The notes under the pieces: model-generated
Told to the model about the DNA's origin: nothing
Seen by the model: only the letters and a program-made list of their open reading frames with translations
Databases searched by the model: none
Translations under genes and position numbers: made by a program
In this document: positions 42,641 through 62,880 of the stretch, one piece after another
Layout of the letters: each line of letters begins with the position of its first letter
How positions within the stretch are numbered: the stretch's first letter is position 1
Assembly (NCBI RefSeq): GCF_009914755.1
Contig: NC_060933.1
DNA from: the human T2T-CHM13v2.0 reference genome, Homo sapiens
Length of the DNA: 64,000 nucleotides
Reading direction: 5' to 3' (one strand)

Positions 42641-45600
42641 TATATGAAATGCTAACAGCTGTACTGGGCAGTTGACTCGCTTTCTATTTAAAGGTCAGTA
42701 TACCTCTCTACCTTTTACTCCTTTATTAACACATGGTTAGTCATGCCTTCCTTCAGACTAGTCTGCATGTCCTTCTGGAAATTCATTTTGTTGAACCACT
42801 TTTCCAGATTCTTTGAATCTCACTGAATTCTAATTTGGTCCTTCTAGAGCATGTTCACCTCCTGTAGCTTGATTCTCTGGAGCATCTAATGAAGTCTCTT
42901 AACTGGCAAGCCTCCTGGGGGCTTTTAGGTGTCCACTGCCCTTTGTGATGTCATCCTTCACACTTACCTTGGCTCTTCCCCGGGTTCCCACACCAGGCTG
43001 AGTGGAAGGAGGTGTAGATTGAGCAAGCTGTCTGGGAGCGTGAATTTTTAGGTAGTAGCTATCTTTTCAAATTTGGAGAATTCGTCAGAGTTTTACAATA
43101 GCCTCAGAAGTAGGGAAATCTCACTTAGATTTTGTTTCAAGTCCACAGTTATCGGGTGCTCATTGCTATCACTGAGAACCCTAGGCATTGCCAAGCTATC
43201 ACTTTGTGGAAGCCATGCCTTTGGAGTGAAAACACCATCTATGAAAGATAGTCACGTGACGTTGAATTGTATCACACCCAGCTTACTATGCAGTCCCTGG
43301 CATGGAAGTGACCCTTTGCTACTATTTATTAAATGAGAGAAAGAAGGGATATAGAAATAGGAATCGCAGTGGTGATTAAAGTTATTTTGCTTTTTGCTGA
43401 AGACCTCTAGTGTGATTTCCCCAATGTACACCAATTTAACCAGAGGAGGGTACAACAGGAATCACCGTGACAGTTATCCTCCAAATTAAAATGAAAGTCA
43501 AAAATCTCTCACAACACGTTTTTTAGGAACAACAACAGTCAGTGTTCCAAAATCTCCTTAAGCCCCCAAAAAGAGGATTTCAAGAGCCTTTAGTCTTTAG
43601 TTTTTCTTCTCTCTAGTTCTTGCTTCTTCTGTAACATCATGGCCCCTGCCTCTTTGGATACTCTAAGATGTCAAATCGACTGAGGATGACTCCTGAGGAC
43701 CCTTTGAGATGATTACCATCGTTGTAGGTATAGCTTGATGTATTCTTGTGTTTATGAATGCAGAGGTGTTTAGAAACACTACTGGGAATATTCTCTAACT
43801 TTCAGGTGGAACCAGAAAAGAGAAAATTTCTGTTCTTCTGATCATTTGTCAAATTCAGCTCGAAACAGGATCTTGAGTACAGAACATTTTTCCTGGTTGC
43901 TGCATAGCTCAGTTAATCTGTATATCATGGGAGTGTGTTATTGAGAGCATTTGCAGAAGGGTGGAACCAGGAGCTCATGGCTCAAGCAGGAAAATGTTTC
44001 ATTATTTGCAGAGCAAGAGAATGAAACTCCTGAGACCTGAATTTCAGGGCTCCTTGAAATGATGGATGCATTCTTTTAACTTGGTGGAGAAAAAGAACAT
44101 AATAAATTCGAGAAAATAACCATTCTTTTACACTTCTTTTTTCTCATTCAGTTTTACTCTTTACTTTTTGTAATACCACTCTCAAGTCTCTAAAATACAA
44201 CTGCTTCCCATTTGGTGAGTGTTTTTTTTTTTTTTTTTCCATTTGACAACAGCATTTTCCTGTGTTTTTAATGGCACCAAAATTAACATGGCTGTTTCAA
44301 TTTAACAGAAACAACTTCAAGTTTTATATTACACGCCCTACCAAAGAATCTTTGATTTTTGCCCTGGCGTTTCCCAAGATGTTAGCATGGCTTTGAAAAC
44401 AGGGCTGTTTAACTGCTGCTGCAGAAGAGATGGCCAGGGGAGCACAGCAGATTGGGGAGGGAGGAGGGAGAGAATGGAGGAGAGGAGGGAAATTGGCCTC
44501 CCCCAAGTTACTATTTTTAAAGTTTGCTTGCCTACTGAATAGCTCAATTTACAAATCCTACTGGATATGGTTTTGTGCTTCCCCATTTTTGTTTCCTGTT
44601 GAAAGTGTGATGGATGCCTTGGTGGAAGACCAGCCCCGCATCCTGCTGTTTTGCCTGTGCCTCTTTACTTACGAAGGCTGGGCCCTTCTCTCCCCTTGAG
44701 AGGGGAGACCCACGTTGTCGAAGGCATCTCCAGGGAGATAGCCAGTCCCGGAATTTCTTAGGAGGTGGGACCTCAAATCCCAATTAGAAACACTCCAGGA
44801 AACATACATCTTTATTTGTTAAACAAGTAGTGTTGTGTGAGCCTTGGTGAAGACGCTCAGTCGTTTTAAATAAGTGAAGTAAACATTCCCTTCCAGGGGA
44901 GCGCCCTCCCTAGGCGCTGTCACTTTGAAGCTCAGTTTTAAGGTTTTCAGTTGGAACATGCAGTGTTCTTTTTTCCTTGGCTTGGGTTCTAGAGAATGTT
45001 GTTTCCTCATTTGGTAATTGGAGAGTTAATAGGGTTCTTTGTGATGCTACCGTGGAAGAGAGACTGTTTTATTCCATTCAGGGACTATAATTACAGGGCG
45101 CCCATCGGCATGGTTAAAGTTAAGGTTGTTTCAGCTTTTCCAATGTAAACTCATATTTCAGGGGTTTATAACTAGCTATAAAAATTTGCTTCTAGCTACA
45201 GACCTGGCATATTCAGTGTCAGCCTAGGAATAACCTTTACGTTTTAAAAAGTATTTTTAAAAGGATAATTAAAAAATTCTGTTTAGCTGTTTATAACTGT
45301 TGTTACAAGGATTCAAGGAAATAAAAATAGCTTTTTCTTTTTTTAGCAAAAACCTGTGACCCATATTTTTTTAATGTGGACAAAGTTATTAGATTTTTTT
45401 TTTTATGTCTTCAAAGGAAAATACGGTGAAATCTGTGTCAAAGCTATTTTAAAAGGGTATTGTTTCAGTTTTCCTTGTGGCAGCGGGCAGGGCACCAGAA
45501 CATGCCCTCCTTGTTCTCCGAAGACATGAGCCTCCCATAGGACTGCTGGCAAAGCTGTTTCGTCCGCGGGCTTCAAGTTCATTGTGACAGAACTCCTGGC

Positions 45601-46047
45601 CAAGGAGTGCACAGCAGCCTCTTGGCAGATGGAAGAAACATGACCAACCATCGTGAGGCCATGGCCACTCTCCTCTTCCCCGCAGCCCTGTCCCTCTGGC
45701 CCTACATGTTGGGACACAGTGAGCAGCACAGGTACAGAGCTATAATAGAGACCCACTGGAGGGACCACAGAGCCTCTTCGTTCCCTTTTCCTGATCCACA
45801 TGGTGGGGAAGGGGAGGAGGGAGTTTGCCTCTCTAGGAATCTCTCTTCAGCTCGGTGGCATTTGTTGCAGTAAGTAGCTTTAGGTGGGTCTGTTTTTGTA
45901 CATGCTGACAGATGGGTGTGACACATTGCACAGGTGATTCAAAAGTTCTCCAATAAAACTTTCTTTAAAACTTCATGCTAGACAGATTTACCTTTAGCAA
46001 TTCTTTTTCTAGCAGCTAGGGTCTTGATTGATGTCATGTGATAATAA

Positions 46048-46210
46048 TGATGGTGGTGGTGGTGGTGGTTGTAATGTGGGGAAGGAGAAGAGGTATTGGT
46101 CATGGTGATGGAGCTGATGATATTAGTGGAGGTGGTGATGGCCACAAGGGTAGTGGTGGCAGTACAGTGGAAGTGGGGGAGGTGACAGTGGTGATGAGTG
46201 GTCATGGCAA
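46048..46210. repeat. (TGG)n-derived G-rich low-complexity tract
   Basis: tggtggtggtggtggtgg followed by degenerate GGT/GAT triplets. Confidence 0.85.
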
Positions 46211-46569
46211 CAGTTGGGGCTATAGATTTCTGCCTGCCTGCCTGAGCTGTTTGCACAAGTCATTGTTCATCTTTGCAGAAAGCAGCAGCTTAGGGAATCT
46301 GCCATTGTCCCTTCCCTCTACATAACATGCCCCAGTGGAACTTGCAACTGGCTTTTGGTAGATCTTGTCTACCAATGCATGATAAAATTTGGTTTGTGGA
46401 AGAGATGGATACATGCCCCCTTTTCAGAAGCTGGTCTCCATTTTAGAGCCAGAGAACAGCTTCTCTTCTTTTCTGTGGCTTCTCGTTTAGGAGCAAAGAA
46501 CACGGTGAGCTGGAGCTCTGGAACCCCAGAGTCATTAGTAGAGAGATGGTGGTATTTCTACCAAAATTG

Positions 46570-46720
46570 AAGTGCTTAACCACATTCTAGGAACCATGCC
46601 CTGTGATTTACACATATTAAATCAGTAAATCTTTTTAACAACTCTGTAAAGTAAGTTTTTATCTTGACTTTACAGATGAGGAAAGTGAGGCTTGGGTCAT
46701 AGGATTTGAAAATCTTGGTC
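46570..46720 (-). mobile_element. MIR
   Basis: tttacagatgaggaaagtgaggctt. Confidence 0.65.
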
Positions 46721-47481
46721 TTTGAGCCTCAAACCCTTTACATTTTCGTCCACTGAAGCCACCAGATAGTTTCTTAGAACATTCTAAAATGTTTGTTGTC
46801 TTGGGTGAGTGTATGGGAAGAAATTCATAAGAGAATGTTCCATATTTGGTTTCTTCTCTAACTTATCATGAGGACATAGACTGTCTTTTCTTCCTACACA
46901 TTTCCTTACACTGATAGTGTACTAAGATGACCCTTTTAAAATTTATATGGGAACTGTTTAGAGGCTCCTACCGCATGTTTTCAGGGCTGGAACTGTGGAG
47001 TGATCTTTTCCTGACCTGACTGGTCTTTGTCCAAATAGGACATTGAGCAAGCCAGAAACCAGGCCCCAGCAGAAAAAAGCAAATAGAGATAAATAGTTAT
47101 CCTCGTCCCAGTGGGATCCCTAGGCTTTCAAGATCAAAGGCCTACTTTGTGTGTGCCTGTTCATAAGCCAGAGAGAGGGGTACAGAAGTAGGCAGGCTGT
47201 AGTGTAGACTCTGGTGCCCAGGCTGTTTAACTCTCAGATTCTCTAGTGATATTATTTAAAAAGATTCCCATTTATAAAAATCAGAAATATAACTTGCACT
47301 TCCCGGACACAGAATAAGAACAAGGGAGAGAACCAGATGAGAACAGAGAAAAAAAGAAGAGGAGAAGTAATGGCAAAGAAAGGACCAGAGGCAGAAGGCG
47401 AGGGAAGCAGGGAGGAGGAGCAGTGGTTGTGGTCAGCACGGGGAATATTTTTATAGGAGGCGTGGAGGAGAATGCTGCGAT

Positions 47482-47785
47482 AGATGTTTATTTCTCCCAC
47501 CCTGTGGGCTGGCTTCATTTTCTTGATAGTGTCCTCTGACGCACAGAAGTCTTTATATTTGATGAAGCCCAATTTATCTACTTTGTTCTTTAGTTTCTTG
47601 TGCTTTTGGTGTCATATTTAAGAATTCATTGCCTATTCCAAAGTCACAAAGATTTCTCCCTGTGTTTTCTGCTAAGAGTGTTATGATTTTAGCTCTTATA
47701 TTTAGGTCTTTGATCCATTTTAAGTTGATTTTTGTGTAAGGTGTGAGGAGGGGTGTTTTGCCTGTGGATATCTACTTATCCCAGA
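47482..47785 (-). mobile_element. L1M ORF2 fragment
   Basis: Minus-strand translation FIKYKDFCASEDTIKKMK, plus tttaggtctttgatccatttt. Confidence 0.8.
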
Positions 47786-48134
47786 TTTTTATTATTTAAT
47801 TCATCAAATGTATATTATGTACATATTAAATGCCAGACATTGTGCTGGACGCCAGGGATAGAATAGTCACCAAAACAGTCATCAGTGTCATAGTGTCTCA
47901 GGACCTGGGGGCAAAGACAGCATTTCAAGAAATTTGAGAAGGTAGACTTTTGGAGGAATTCAGCTCTTGAGCAGAGTTTTTCAAAAAGTGTAATATGAGG
48001 AAAACTGCATAGAATTACCTGGATTGCCTGTTAAAAAAGCAAACAGACCAATTATACACATATACACACACAATATATATATATACACACACACAATATA
48101 TATATATAAATCACATACTTTAGTTATATAATAA

Positions 48135-48521
<387 letters not shown>

Positions 48522-49004
48522 TAAACCAGTTTACACACACACACACACACGCACACGCACACACACACATAATTACATATAATAAATACATATAAAAAAG
48601 CTAGCTAGGCCTGTTTATTATTTCCTCTTAGATGATTATCAAATACCTATTTATTTTCAATGTGGAAAAATTTCAGGCCTTTTCTGTGGCCTTAAAAGTT
48701 TGAGATCCAAAGAAGTGAAGCCATTGTCTAACCACATACCCAACTGCAGTTGTGGAAGTCATTCTTCCAAAAGCATCTTGACAAAGAAATGTTTTGATGG
48801 GAAACATGATATATCTCTGGAAAGAGAAGTAAGAAACTTTTCTCCCTTTCTTAAGTTGGATGTACTTCACAAAACAAACAGGCCACGCCCATGATGCCAG
48901 GGTACGGGGCAGTTTCCCTCAGCAGCTGGCTGCAGCTGCTTTTTCTACCGAAATTCTCTGTTTCATAAAAGCTCCCACAAAACACCCTTGTGAGTCCCCT
49001 CCAC

Positions 49005-49065
49005 TCACCCTGGCCACATGTCAGATATGTTCACCCTGGCCACATGTCAGATATGTTAACCCTGG
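49005..49065. repeat. 26-bp tandem duplication (2.3 copies)
   Basis: tcaccctggccacatgtcagatatgt twice, then taaccctgg. Confidence 0.95.
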
Positions 49066-49344
49066 GGAGAATCCAATACCCCATTACACCTATATTTCCT
49101 TTGCCATTCACTCCCTGAATAGGGAGGGAACAAATGCCTTGACTGTAGCTCTCTTGGCATTTGGAGCAATTGGTGGTTTAGTTACCATCTGACGTCATGA
49201 CTACAGGTGGCCCAAGGGAGTTCTGTGAAGGAGAAACACAATGACATATTCACACCTATCTCTGTGCTTTGCCTGCATGATCTAAGGGTTCATGTGTGTG
49301 AAAGAACAAAATTAGGAGAGTGACTGCATGAACTACATCAGGTG

Positions 49345-51222
49345 TTTAATTTTTATTATTTATTTATTTATGTATTTATTCAACTTTTAAGTTCTAGGGT
49401 ACATGTGCAGGATGTGCAGGTTTGTTACATAGGTAAACGTGTGCCATGGTGGTTTACTGCACAGATCAACCCATCACCTAGGTATTAAGCCCAGCATGCA
49501 TTAACTATTCTCCCTGATGCTCTCCCTCTCCCTGCTCCCCGTGACAGACTCCAGTGTGTGTGGTTTCCCCACCATGTGTCCATATCTTCTCATCATTCAA
49601 CTTTCACTTATAAGTGAGAACATATGGTGTTTGGTTTTCTGTTCCTGTGTTGGTTTGCTGATGATAATGGCTTCCAGCTCCATCCATGTCCCTGCAAAGG
49701 ACATGATCTTGTTTATTTTATGCCTGCATAGTATTCCATGGTGTATATGTACCACATTTTCTTTATCCAGCTTATCTTTCATGGACATCTGGGTTGATTT
49801 CATGTCTTTGCTATTGTGAATAGTGCTGCAATGAACATACACATGCATGTATCTTTATAATAAAATGATTTATATTCCTTTGGGTATATACCCTGTAATG
49901 GTATTGCTTACATCCTATTTGGGTCAAATGGTATTTCTGCTTCTGGATCTTTGAGGAATGGCCACACTGTCTTCCACGATGGTTGAAATAATTTACACTC
50001 TCACCAAGTGTAAAAGCATTCTTTTTTTCTTTGCAACCTTGCCAGCATCTGTTGTTTCTTGACTTTTTAATAATTGCCATTTTGACTGGTATGAGATGGT
50101 ATCTTGTTGTGGTTTTGATTTGCATTTCTCTAATGACCAGTGATGTTGAGCTTTTTTTCATGTTTGTTGGCTGCACAGATGTCCTCTCTTGAGAAGTGTC
50201 TGTTCATGTCCTTCACCCACTTTTTAATGGGGTTGTTTATTTTTTTCTTGTAAATTTGTTTAAGTTCCTTGTAGATTCTGGATATTAGACCTTTGTCAGA
50301 TGGATAGATTGCAAAATTTTTTTCCCATTCTTTACGTTGTGTGTTTACTCTGTTGATAGTTTATTTTTCTGTACAGAAGCTCCTTAGTTTAATTAGATCC
50401 CGTATATCAGTTTTTGCTTTTGTTGCAATTGCTTTTGGCATTTTTGTCATGAAATCTTTGCCTGTGCCTGTGCCCTGAATGGTATTGCCTTGATTTTCTT
50501 CTAGGATTTTTATAGTTTTGGGTTTTACATTTAAGTCTTTAACCCATCTTATGTTAATTTTTTTATAAGATGTTAAGGAAGGGGTTCCAGTTTCAATTTT
50601 CTGCATATGGGTAGCCAGTTCTCCCAGCACCATTTATTAAATAGGGAATCCTTTCCCCATTGCTTGTTTTTGTCAGGTTTGCCAAAGGTCAAATGGTTGT
50701 AGGTGTGTGGTCTTATTTCCGAGTTATCTGTTCTGTTCTATTGGTCTGTGTGTCTGTTTTTGTACAAGTACCATGCTGTTTTGGTTACTGTAGCCTTGTA
50801 GTGTAGTTTGAAGTTGGGTAGTGGGATGCTCCCAGCTTTCTTCCTTTTGCTTAGGATTGTCTTGGCTATATAGGCTCTTTTTTGGTTTCATATGAATTTT
50901 AAAATAGTTATTTCTAATTCTGTGAAGAATGTCAGTGGTAGTTGAATGAAAACAGCATTGAATCTATAAATTACTTTGGTCAGTATGGCCATCTTCACAA
51001 TATTGATTCTTCCTATCCATGATCATGGAATGTTTTTCCATTTGTTTGTGTCTTCTCTGATTTCCTTGAGCAGGGTTTTGTAGTTCTTCTTGAATGAACT
51101 CTTATTCCCAAGTGCTACAAAGAGAAAAAATACCTAGAAATACAGCTAACAAGGGAAGTGAAGGATTTCCTCAAGGAGAACTACAAACCACTGCTCAAGG
51201 AAATCAGAGAGGACACAAACAA
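49345..51222 (-). mobile_element. 5'-truncated, 5'-inverted L1PA
   Basis: T-tail, 3'UTR and ORF2 C-terminal fragments ([27 protein letters not shown]) on the minus strand to about 51094, then an inverted piece at about 51100-51222. 16-bp TSD aggtgtttaattttta. Confidence 0.95.
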
Positions 51223-51329
51223 AGGTGTTTAATTTTTAAAATGAGAGGTGGACTGCTTCCATTAAGTGAACTGACTGGACAGGAGGCTGCTTTTGTATAT
51301 TCTCCAAGGGACTGAAGGGGAAAAGGTGA

Positions 51330-53830
<2,501 letters not shown>

Positions 53831-53857
53831 AAAAAAGAGTCTTTGTTTAAAAAAGAG

Positions 53858-54290
<433 letters not shown>

Positions 54291-56292
54291 TCAGAATGGG
54301 AAATTTATACTTCATCTGAGAGACATTGAATAATCCTTATGGGTACCTGAGAAAGGAAGAGGCATGGTAAAAGGATAAGGAGTGTAGAGTGTCGAAGTAG
54401 ACCCACACATGTATGGTCATTTGCTTTTCAACAGAAATGCTAAGTTATTTCATAGGGGGAAAGGACAGTCTTTTCGGGGTATTGTTTTGGAATAACTTTC
54501 CCTTCCCCCCATTAGTGCATTTCATTGTGCGTAAGTGGGCAGAATAGATTGGTTGGACAAGAGTCTAGCTAGGGGAGGCCACCACAGGATGTACAGGAGT
54601 AATTTTTTCCCCAAAACAATGAGTACTTTGACTCTGTACTAAGGATAGATGTGGTCAAGGTTTTGCTTTGGCTCATCTGTTGTCCGACCTGTGATCCCCC
54701 TGGTCTGTCTCTTCCTAACCTTGGCCAGTATTTTCTTTTATTCTGCATATCACTAGAAACAGAACAGTGGGGAGAATCTAGTGATGGATGGAAAGGGATA
54801 CAGAAAATTTGCAACCATCAAATAATAACCTCTATTTTTTTCTCCTTTAAAAGAAGTTGAACTTGCTCTCATTGTCTCAAACTGGTTTCCTGCATGTCCC
54901 AGTGACTTAAATTAGTACAAGGGTGCAAGGCCTTTCTGAGAAATGCATTGAGACTCCTGTTTATGTTGAAATCTTGCTCTGTCTCTTTCTGTTTAAACCA
55001 GACCAGAGCAAAGACTTTAACAGCTTATAGGCAAATGCCTGAACGGTTTTTCTTTTTGCTTCAGTTGAAGTGGTATCTATGCAAAATTCCAAAGAGTGGG
55101 TGAGTGGAGGGAGTGCAGTAGGGCCAAGGTATTTCTTTATTATGGCTGTTCCCAGTGTCTCTTCCAGACCATGGTTCAAAGGCTCCTTTGATCAACTGAT
55201 TGATGTTTCAGTGGGTTTTCTAGATTCTTCTACTGCTCTTTGTTTTTGTCTTTGTTCTATCCCTATACCTCTCCATACCTCTAACCCAAATCACTAGTCA
55301 ATCCCTAAGCAAGGGATCTTGAGGTCTGAGGTGCAGTGGTACAGGGTAGGGATGCTTACCTACAGAAGAAAGGACCTTGATCAGATTGCCTGAATTTGGT
55401 TGATTTTTGTTTCCTGCTTGTGTGTGTGTGTGTGTGTGTATACACGTGTACAAGCACATGCACCTTTTCCAAGGAAAATGTAATTGCCATGTAACTTAAG
55501 ACATACATAGAGCTCCTATAAACAGTCATAGCACAGGCTTTTGTGTGAACATAAATTTTTACTTCTCTAGAGTAAATATCTGGGAGAGGGATTGCTGGAT
55601 CATATGGTATGTATATATTTAAGAAATTTCCTAGCAAATTGGCTTTATAATACTGCATTCCTATCAGCAGTGAGCAAGAGTTTTCCTTGCTCTGCATCCT
55701 GGCTAGTGCTTGGTATTATTAGTTTTTAAAATTTTAGTCATTCTATTAGGTATTTAGGGGTATCTCATTGTAGTTTCTCATTGTGTTTCCCTAATAGTTA
55801 ATGATATTGAACATTTCTTCATATGCTTACTTTCTTTGGCATCATATCTGTTCAGGTCATTTATGCACATTATTAATTGGGTTGTTTTCTTGCTGTTGAG
55901 TTTTGAGAGTTCCATTATGTATTTTAGATAGAATCCTTTGTCAGATGTATGATTTGCAAATATTTTCTCCCAGCCTGTAGCTTGCCTTTTCATTCCTTTA
56001 ACAGTATCTCTCATAGAACAAGTAATTTCAGTTTTGATGAAGTACAATTTATCAATCTTTTCTTTCATAGATTGTGGTTTTGGTGTTATGGGTAGGAATT
56101 CTTTGTCTAACTCCAGATCACAGAGATTTTCTACTATGTTTTTACAAAAATGTTACAGTTGTATGCTTTATAATTAGAACTAATGTCATTTTGAGATAAA
56201 TATTTTGTATGGTGCGAGGATTAGTTCAAGGTTCATTTTTTTTGCCTATGCTTGTCTAATTATTTTTTAAAAAAATTTTTTATGAATTTTAA

Positions 56293-57641
<1,349 letters not shown>

Positions 57642-58221
57642 AAAAAACCCAATAATGTTTTAACATTATTTGTTGAAACACTACTCTTTCTCCATTGAAT
57701 TGCCTTAGCATCTTTATCAAAAATCAGTGACCATGCTTGTGTGGGTCTATTTCTGGATGTTTTCATCTCTTCCATTGATTTCTGTCTCTCTCTTCTATAA
57801 TAACACATCTGATTTGATCACTGAAGCTTTCTAGTAAATCTCAATATTGGCTGATTTGATTCCTCCAACTTTATTGTTCTTTTAAAAATTGTTTTGTTCT
57901 GGGTCTTTTGCCTTTTCATATAAATTTTAGAATTCACTTGTGTATATCTACCAAAAAATTATGCTGGGATTTGGTTCAGATTTTCATTAAATCTTGAGAT
58001 AAATTTGGAAAGAGTTGACATCTTGACCATGGTTATTCCCAGTGTCTCTTCCAGATGATGGTTCTTACTTTGAATCTTTTGATCCACAAATATGTTTCTC
58101 CATTTATTTAGAGGTTCTATTGTTTTTCTCATCAGTGTTTCGTAATTTACAACATAGAGGTCCTGTATGTATTTTACCAGATTGATACCTAAGTATTTCA
58201 CTTTTTTTGGAATTACTATAA

Positions 58222-58856
<635 letters not shown>

Positions 58857-59112
58857 TATAAGTGGTATTCTTTTTGTATTTTAGTTTCATTTTCATAACT
58901 AGTATATAGAAATATGATTCATTTTGTGGGTGATTTGTATCCAGTCATTTTATTTCTCATTTATTCTGTGAGTCAGTGAATAGGGACAGTTTTATTTGTT
59001 TCTTTCTAATCTATATGACTTTTTCTTTTTCCTGCCTTATTGCACTCTTAGGACTTACAATATGATGTGGACAGGAGTGGTAAGAGTGGACATCTTTTTC
59101 TTCTTCCTGATC

Positions 59113-59401
59113 TTTTTTTTGAGACAGGGTCTCACTCTGTCGCTCAGGCTGGAGTGCAGTGGTACAATGATAGCTCACTACAGTGTCAACCTCCTGGGCC
59201 CCATTGATCCTCCCACCTCAGCTTCCCAAGTAGCTGGTGCTATAAGCACCCCACCACACCTGGCTAACATTTTAAATTTTTTGTAGAATTGGTGCCTTGC
59301 TATGTTGTCCAAGCTGATCTTGAACTCCTGGGCTTAAGCAATCTTCCTGTGTTGGCCTCTCAAAGTGCTGGGATTACAGGTGTGAGCCACCTCGTCTGGC
59401 C
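59113..59401 (-). mobile_element. AluJ
   Basis: J-type diagnostics. Confidence 0.92.
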
Positions 59402-60503
59402 TCTTTTTCTTCATCTTATTGAGAAAGTGTTTGATCTGTCACCATTAAGTATGACATGAGCTGTAGGTTTTTGTAAATGTCCTTTCCAGGTTGAGGACAG
59501 TCCCTTCTACTCCTAATTCACTGAGAAATTTTATCATGAATGGGTGTTGAGTTTTGTTAGATGCTTTTTCTGTATTAATTGACAGGATCTATGATTTTTC
59601 TTTTTTAGGCTGTCAATATGTTGGATTACAGTGGTTGATTTTCAAATATTGAACCAGCTTTCCATTGCCATGATAAAATCACATTTGATTCTAATGTATT
59701 ATTCTTCTTATATATTGTTGGATTTAATTTGCTAATATTTTGTTGAGTATTTTTGCATCTGTGTTCATGAGGGATATTGGCCTGCAGTTTTCTTTTCCTG
59801 TACTCTTGACTGGTGTTAATATCAGGGTAATTCTGGCCCTATAAACTGAGTTTGGAAGTATTCCCTTCTAGAAGAGAATGTTTTCTGGAAGAGATTGTGT
59901 AGAATTGGTATTATTTCTTCTTTAAATGTTTGATATAATTCACATGTGAAACCTGGGCCTAGAGATTTCCTTTTCAGAAGGTTTTTAACTACAGATTTAA
60001 TTTCATTAAATTTCTAGGACTATTTATGCTGTCTCTTTCATCCTGGGAGAGTTTTGGAAGTTTATAGTATTCATGCATTTTTTTTTTAATCTAAGTTGTT
60101 GAATTTATCTGTATAGAGTTGTTCATTGTATTCCCCATTTTTTTAAATGTCTTCATGGTTTTTAGTGATGATTTCATTCCTGATGTTGGTAAGTTGTTCT
60201 TTTTCTCTTTGTTTCTTTGTCCATCTGGCTAGAGGTTTGTCACTTTTATTGATCTTTTCAAAGAATCATCTTTTGGTTTCATTGATTTTTCTCTGTTGTT
60301 TTTCTTGCTTACAGTTTAATAGATTCCTGATCTTACTTTTATTATTTCCTTCCTCTACTTGCTTTGGAATTTATTTTGCCCTTCTTTTTCCAGTTTCTTA
60401 AGGTAGCAACTTAGCTTATTGATTTGAGACCTTTCTTCTATTGTAACAAGCACTGAATGACATAAATCTCCTTTAAGCACTGCTTTAGCTGTGCTCCACA
60501 CAA

Positions 60504-60820
<317 letters not shown>

Positions 60821-61103
60821 TGATACATTATGTTCCGTTTTTATTCACTTTGATGCCTTCTAATTTTCTTTGGGACTTTCTCTTTGATCCATGGACTGTT
60901 TAGATGTGTGTTGTTTGAGTTGCAGTTGTTGGGAGATGCTCCTATTACCTTTCTATTATTGATTTTTAGTTAATTCACTTACGTCAAAGGACACTTTTTT
61001 TGTGATTTAAATTATTTTCTTTTTTTAATTTAAGAGTTTTGTCTCAGGATATGGTGTATCTTGGTGAATGTTCCATGTGTACTTTAAAAGAATATCTATT
61101 CCT

Positions 61104-61740
<637 letters not shown>

Positions 61741-62559
61741 TAAGTTTATAAAAAAGAATGTCTGTTCTGCTGTTATTGGATGGAGTTGTCTATCCAAGGC
61801 TCTCCTTCCCCTTTCCCTCTATGTTATAGTTGTCTTATATATTACATTTGCAAAGATTGAAAATCTCATCAGACAATCCTATGTTTGCTTTCAATTGTCA
61901 AACACATTTTAAATAACTGAATAACAGAAAGATAATCTACTTACCCAGATATTTACCATTTCTGTTCTTTCTTCATTTCTGATGTTTGAGGTTTCTTTGT
62001 GGTTTCATTTTCCTTTTATTTAAAGAATTTTCTTTAGAAATTATTTTAGAGCAAGATTTGTTGACAAGAAATTATCTCAATTTACATTCATTTGACAATA
62101 TCTTTATTTCACCATCTCAATAAAAATTAATAAAAATAAAAAATAAAAACATTATGTTTTTTCCTTTGGCCTCCAAAGTTTTTATTTTGAAATCCACCAT
62201 CATTCAAATTATTCTTCCCTTATAAGTAGTAGAAGGATTTCTGTGACTGTTTTCAAGAATTTTTACTTTGTCTTTAGTTCTCAGTATTTAATTATGATTT
62301 GTCTTGGAATTGACTTCTTTATTGTTTAAGCTTTGCTCATCTTCTTAGGTATGTAAGTTTATGTATTTTGCCAATTTTGTGGGGTTTTTGACTCTATGTC
62401 TTCAAATATTTTCTTCTGTACTACAGCCTTTCTCTCTCTCTGGGACTCTAACGACACAAATATTAGACCTTTTAGTATTGGTTCACTCAGCAGAAACGCT
62501 GATCTCTCTCCCATCCAGATTCCTCCGTGCTCCAGGGTTTCTCAGGCCTCGGCACTTTT

Positions 62560-62880
62560 CACATCTTGTTTCCCTTACCTAGCCTCCCCTTCCTGTTTCC
62601 CCACCCCACTTTCCTGCTGCCTAGCAAGCTTCTACTCATCCTTGAAAATCCACTTCAGGAATGTCATGCTTTGTGGCCTGTCTTTGATCACCTAGAGTGA
62701 GTTAATTCCAGCCTCCAACCCTTGTAGAGTCCGTGTGTGCTTATTGACCTTTTTGTACTTTAGTTTGCTGGGTCTGTGTCAGTGTCTCTGAGCCTTGGTT
62801 CTCAGGAGCTCAGGTCTACTGTGTCTTATTATGTCCTCAGTGCTGGGCACAGTGTCTGGCATCTAGAATAGGCTCAACCA
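62560..62880 (+). mobile_element. L2 3' fragment
   Basis: ttctactcatccttgaa...cctcagtgctgggcacagtgtctggcatctagaataggctcaa. Confidence 0.7.

Noticed and set aside
45978-46325. His/Thr-rich and Val/Gly-rich ORFs
   Set aside because: Artefacts of the (TGG)n low-complexity tract.
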